A stretch of DNA of 64,000 nucleotides, taken from assembly GCA_015521185.1 (NCBI GenBank), contig WAOS01000018.1, positions 2,007 to 66,006 of the forward strand, in the 5' to 3' direction. The notes beneath the pieces were generated by a model, which saw nothing but the letters and a program-made list of their open reading frames with translations, was not told where the DNA came from and made no database searches. Below, piece after piece: positions 63,538-64,000 of the stretch (position 1 is the stretch's first letter; the number at the start of each line of letters is the position of its first letter). Source of the DNA: Desulfurococcales archaeon (GTDB lineage: Archaea > Thermoproteota > Thermoprotei_A > Sulfolobales > Acidilobaceae). Both the position numbers and the translations under genes were made by a program.

Positions 63538-64000
63538 TCAGAATATACCTAGATAGGCCTCGGCGAGCGAGAGGCCGAAGCCTATCGCTGCTAGCGGAAA
63601 CATTATCTTCCAGGCTAGGTCTAGCGCCTGGTCTAGCCTATACCTGCCGTAGACGGCTCGGAGGAAGCTGAATATCATCATGAGTATGGTCGCCTTCACC
63701 ATTATCACTATCGAGGGTATTAGGTAGCCGCTCACGAAGCCCTCTCCAGGCGTGTAAGGGAGCCAGCCGCCTAGGAAGGCCACAGAGAGCACTATCGAGT
63801 AAACCATTCTCTTAAGATACGCCGCTCCCATGTTTATGCCATACATGAGCCCGGAATACTCCGTGAACGCGCCTGCCACTACCTCATGCTCCGACTCCGG
63901 TATCTCGAATGGGAACCCGCTCGTGGCTAGGAGCACGCCGACGAATGCGGTGAAGAACGCTATCGGGTTGAGCAGGCCCAAGAGCTTCCATCCCGTCTGG
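63538..64000 (-). CDS. nuoH: NADH-quinone oxidoreductase subunit H, C-terminal part (gene continues beyond the window)
   Basis: FPFEIPESEHEVVAGAFTEYSGLMYG matches the NuoH loop PFDxxExExELVxGxxxEYSG. The reading frame stays open to the window end. Confidence 0.88.
   Translation of the reverse strand, partial: QTGWKLLGLLNPIAFFTAFVGVLLATSGFPFEIPESEHEVVAGAFTEYSGLMYGINMGAAYLKRMVYSIVLSVAFLGGWLPYTPGEGFVSGYLIPSIVIMVKATILMMIFSFLRAVYGRYRLDQALDLAWKIMFPLAAIGFGLSLAEAYLGIF

Noticed and set aside
1-64000. A search for CRISPR arrays, IS elements or transposases, integrases, toxin-antitoxin pairs and recognisable defence genes.
   Set aside because: I saw no regularly spaced direct repeats, no terminal inverted repeats flanking a transposase-like ORF, and no integrase, Cas, restriction-modification or other defence-type motif in any translated ORF. 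The window reads as core chromosome.

Overview
The window is a gene-dense, high-GC chromosomal segment with about 73 CDS. It comes from a hyperthermophilic crenarchaeon: it carries reverse gyrase, Alba, XPB, two family-1 nucleoside phosphorylases, and the crenarchaeal S13-S4-S11-RpoD-L18e-L13-S9-RpoN-S2 cluster. The superoxide reductase has the active-site motif E-T-H-T-P instead of E-K-H-x-P. From memory, this variant was described for Ignicoccus hospitalis, so I suspect an Ignicoccus-like Desulfurococcales genome, but I cannot verify that here.

Most of the content is housekeeping:
- Central metabolism and redox: sucCD, trxB, superoxide reductase, ppa.
- DNA transactions: XPB, reverse gyrase, an Lhr-type helicase, DnaG, PolB, tmk.
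- Translation and tRNA modification: tyrS, pheST, gltX, Taw1, and the ribosomal protein/RNA polymerase cluster.
- Respiration: the distal part of a nuo (complex I-like) operon, in the order H-I-J-K-M-L-N.

The most coherent functional theme is isoprenoid synthesis, split over two loci:
- 29.1-32.1 kb holds an AcnX (DUF521/DUF126) plus UbiD-family module, characteristic of the archaeal anhydromevalonate-phosphate route.
- 42.7-47.3 kb holds the GGPPS, IDI2, IPK, GHMP-like and MEMO block, next to rps2.

I found no rRNA, tRNA, CRISPR array, IS element or integrase, and no clear-cut multi-gene defence or mobile system. The candidates most worth follow-up are:
- a degenerate, truncated GHMP-kinase-like ORF in the slot where mevalonate kinase normally sits (45599-46378);
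- a small RuvC/RNase H-like ORF wedged between the UbiD gene and a ROK kinase (31958-32566);
- a Cys/His-rich ORF with a GIY-YIG-like motif (34223-35026);
- an AT-rich three-gene membrane cassette with a pilin-like member (39769-40936);
- a PP-loop protein with an unassigned N-terminal domain of about 200 aa (22012-23403);
- a thymidylate-kinase homologue lacking the Walker A lysine (28486-29187);
- an internal Ala/Pro-rich repeat insertion in DnaG (25478-25663).

All functional calls come from reading the translated ORFs against remembered family motifs. No database search was run.
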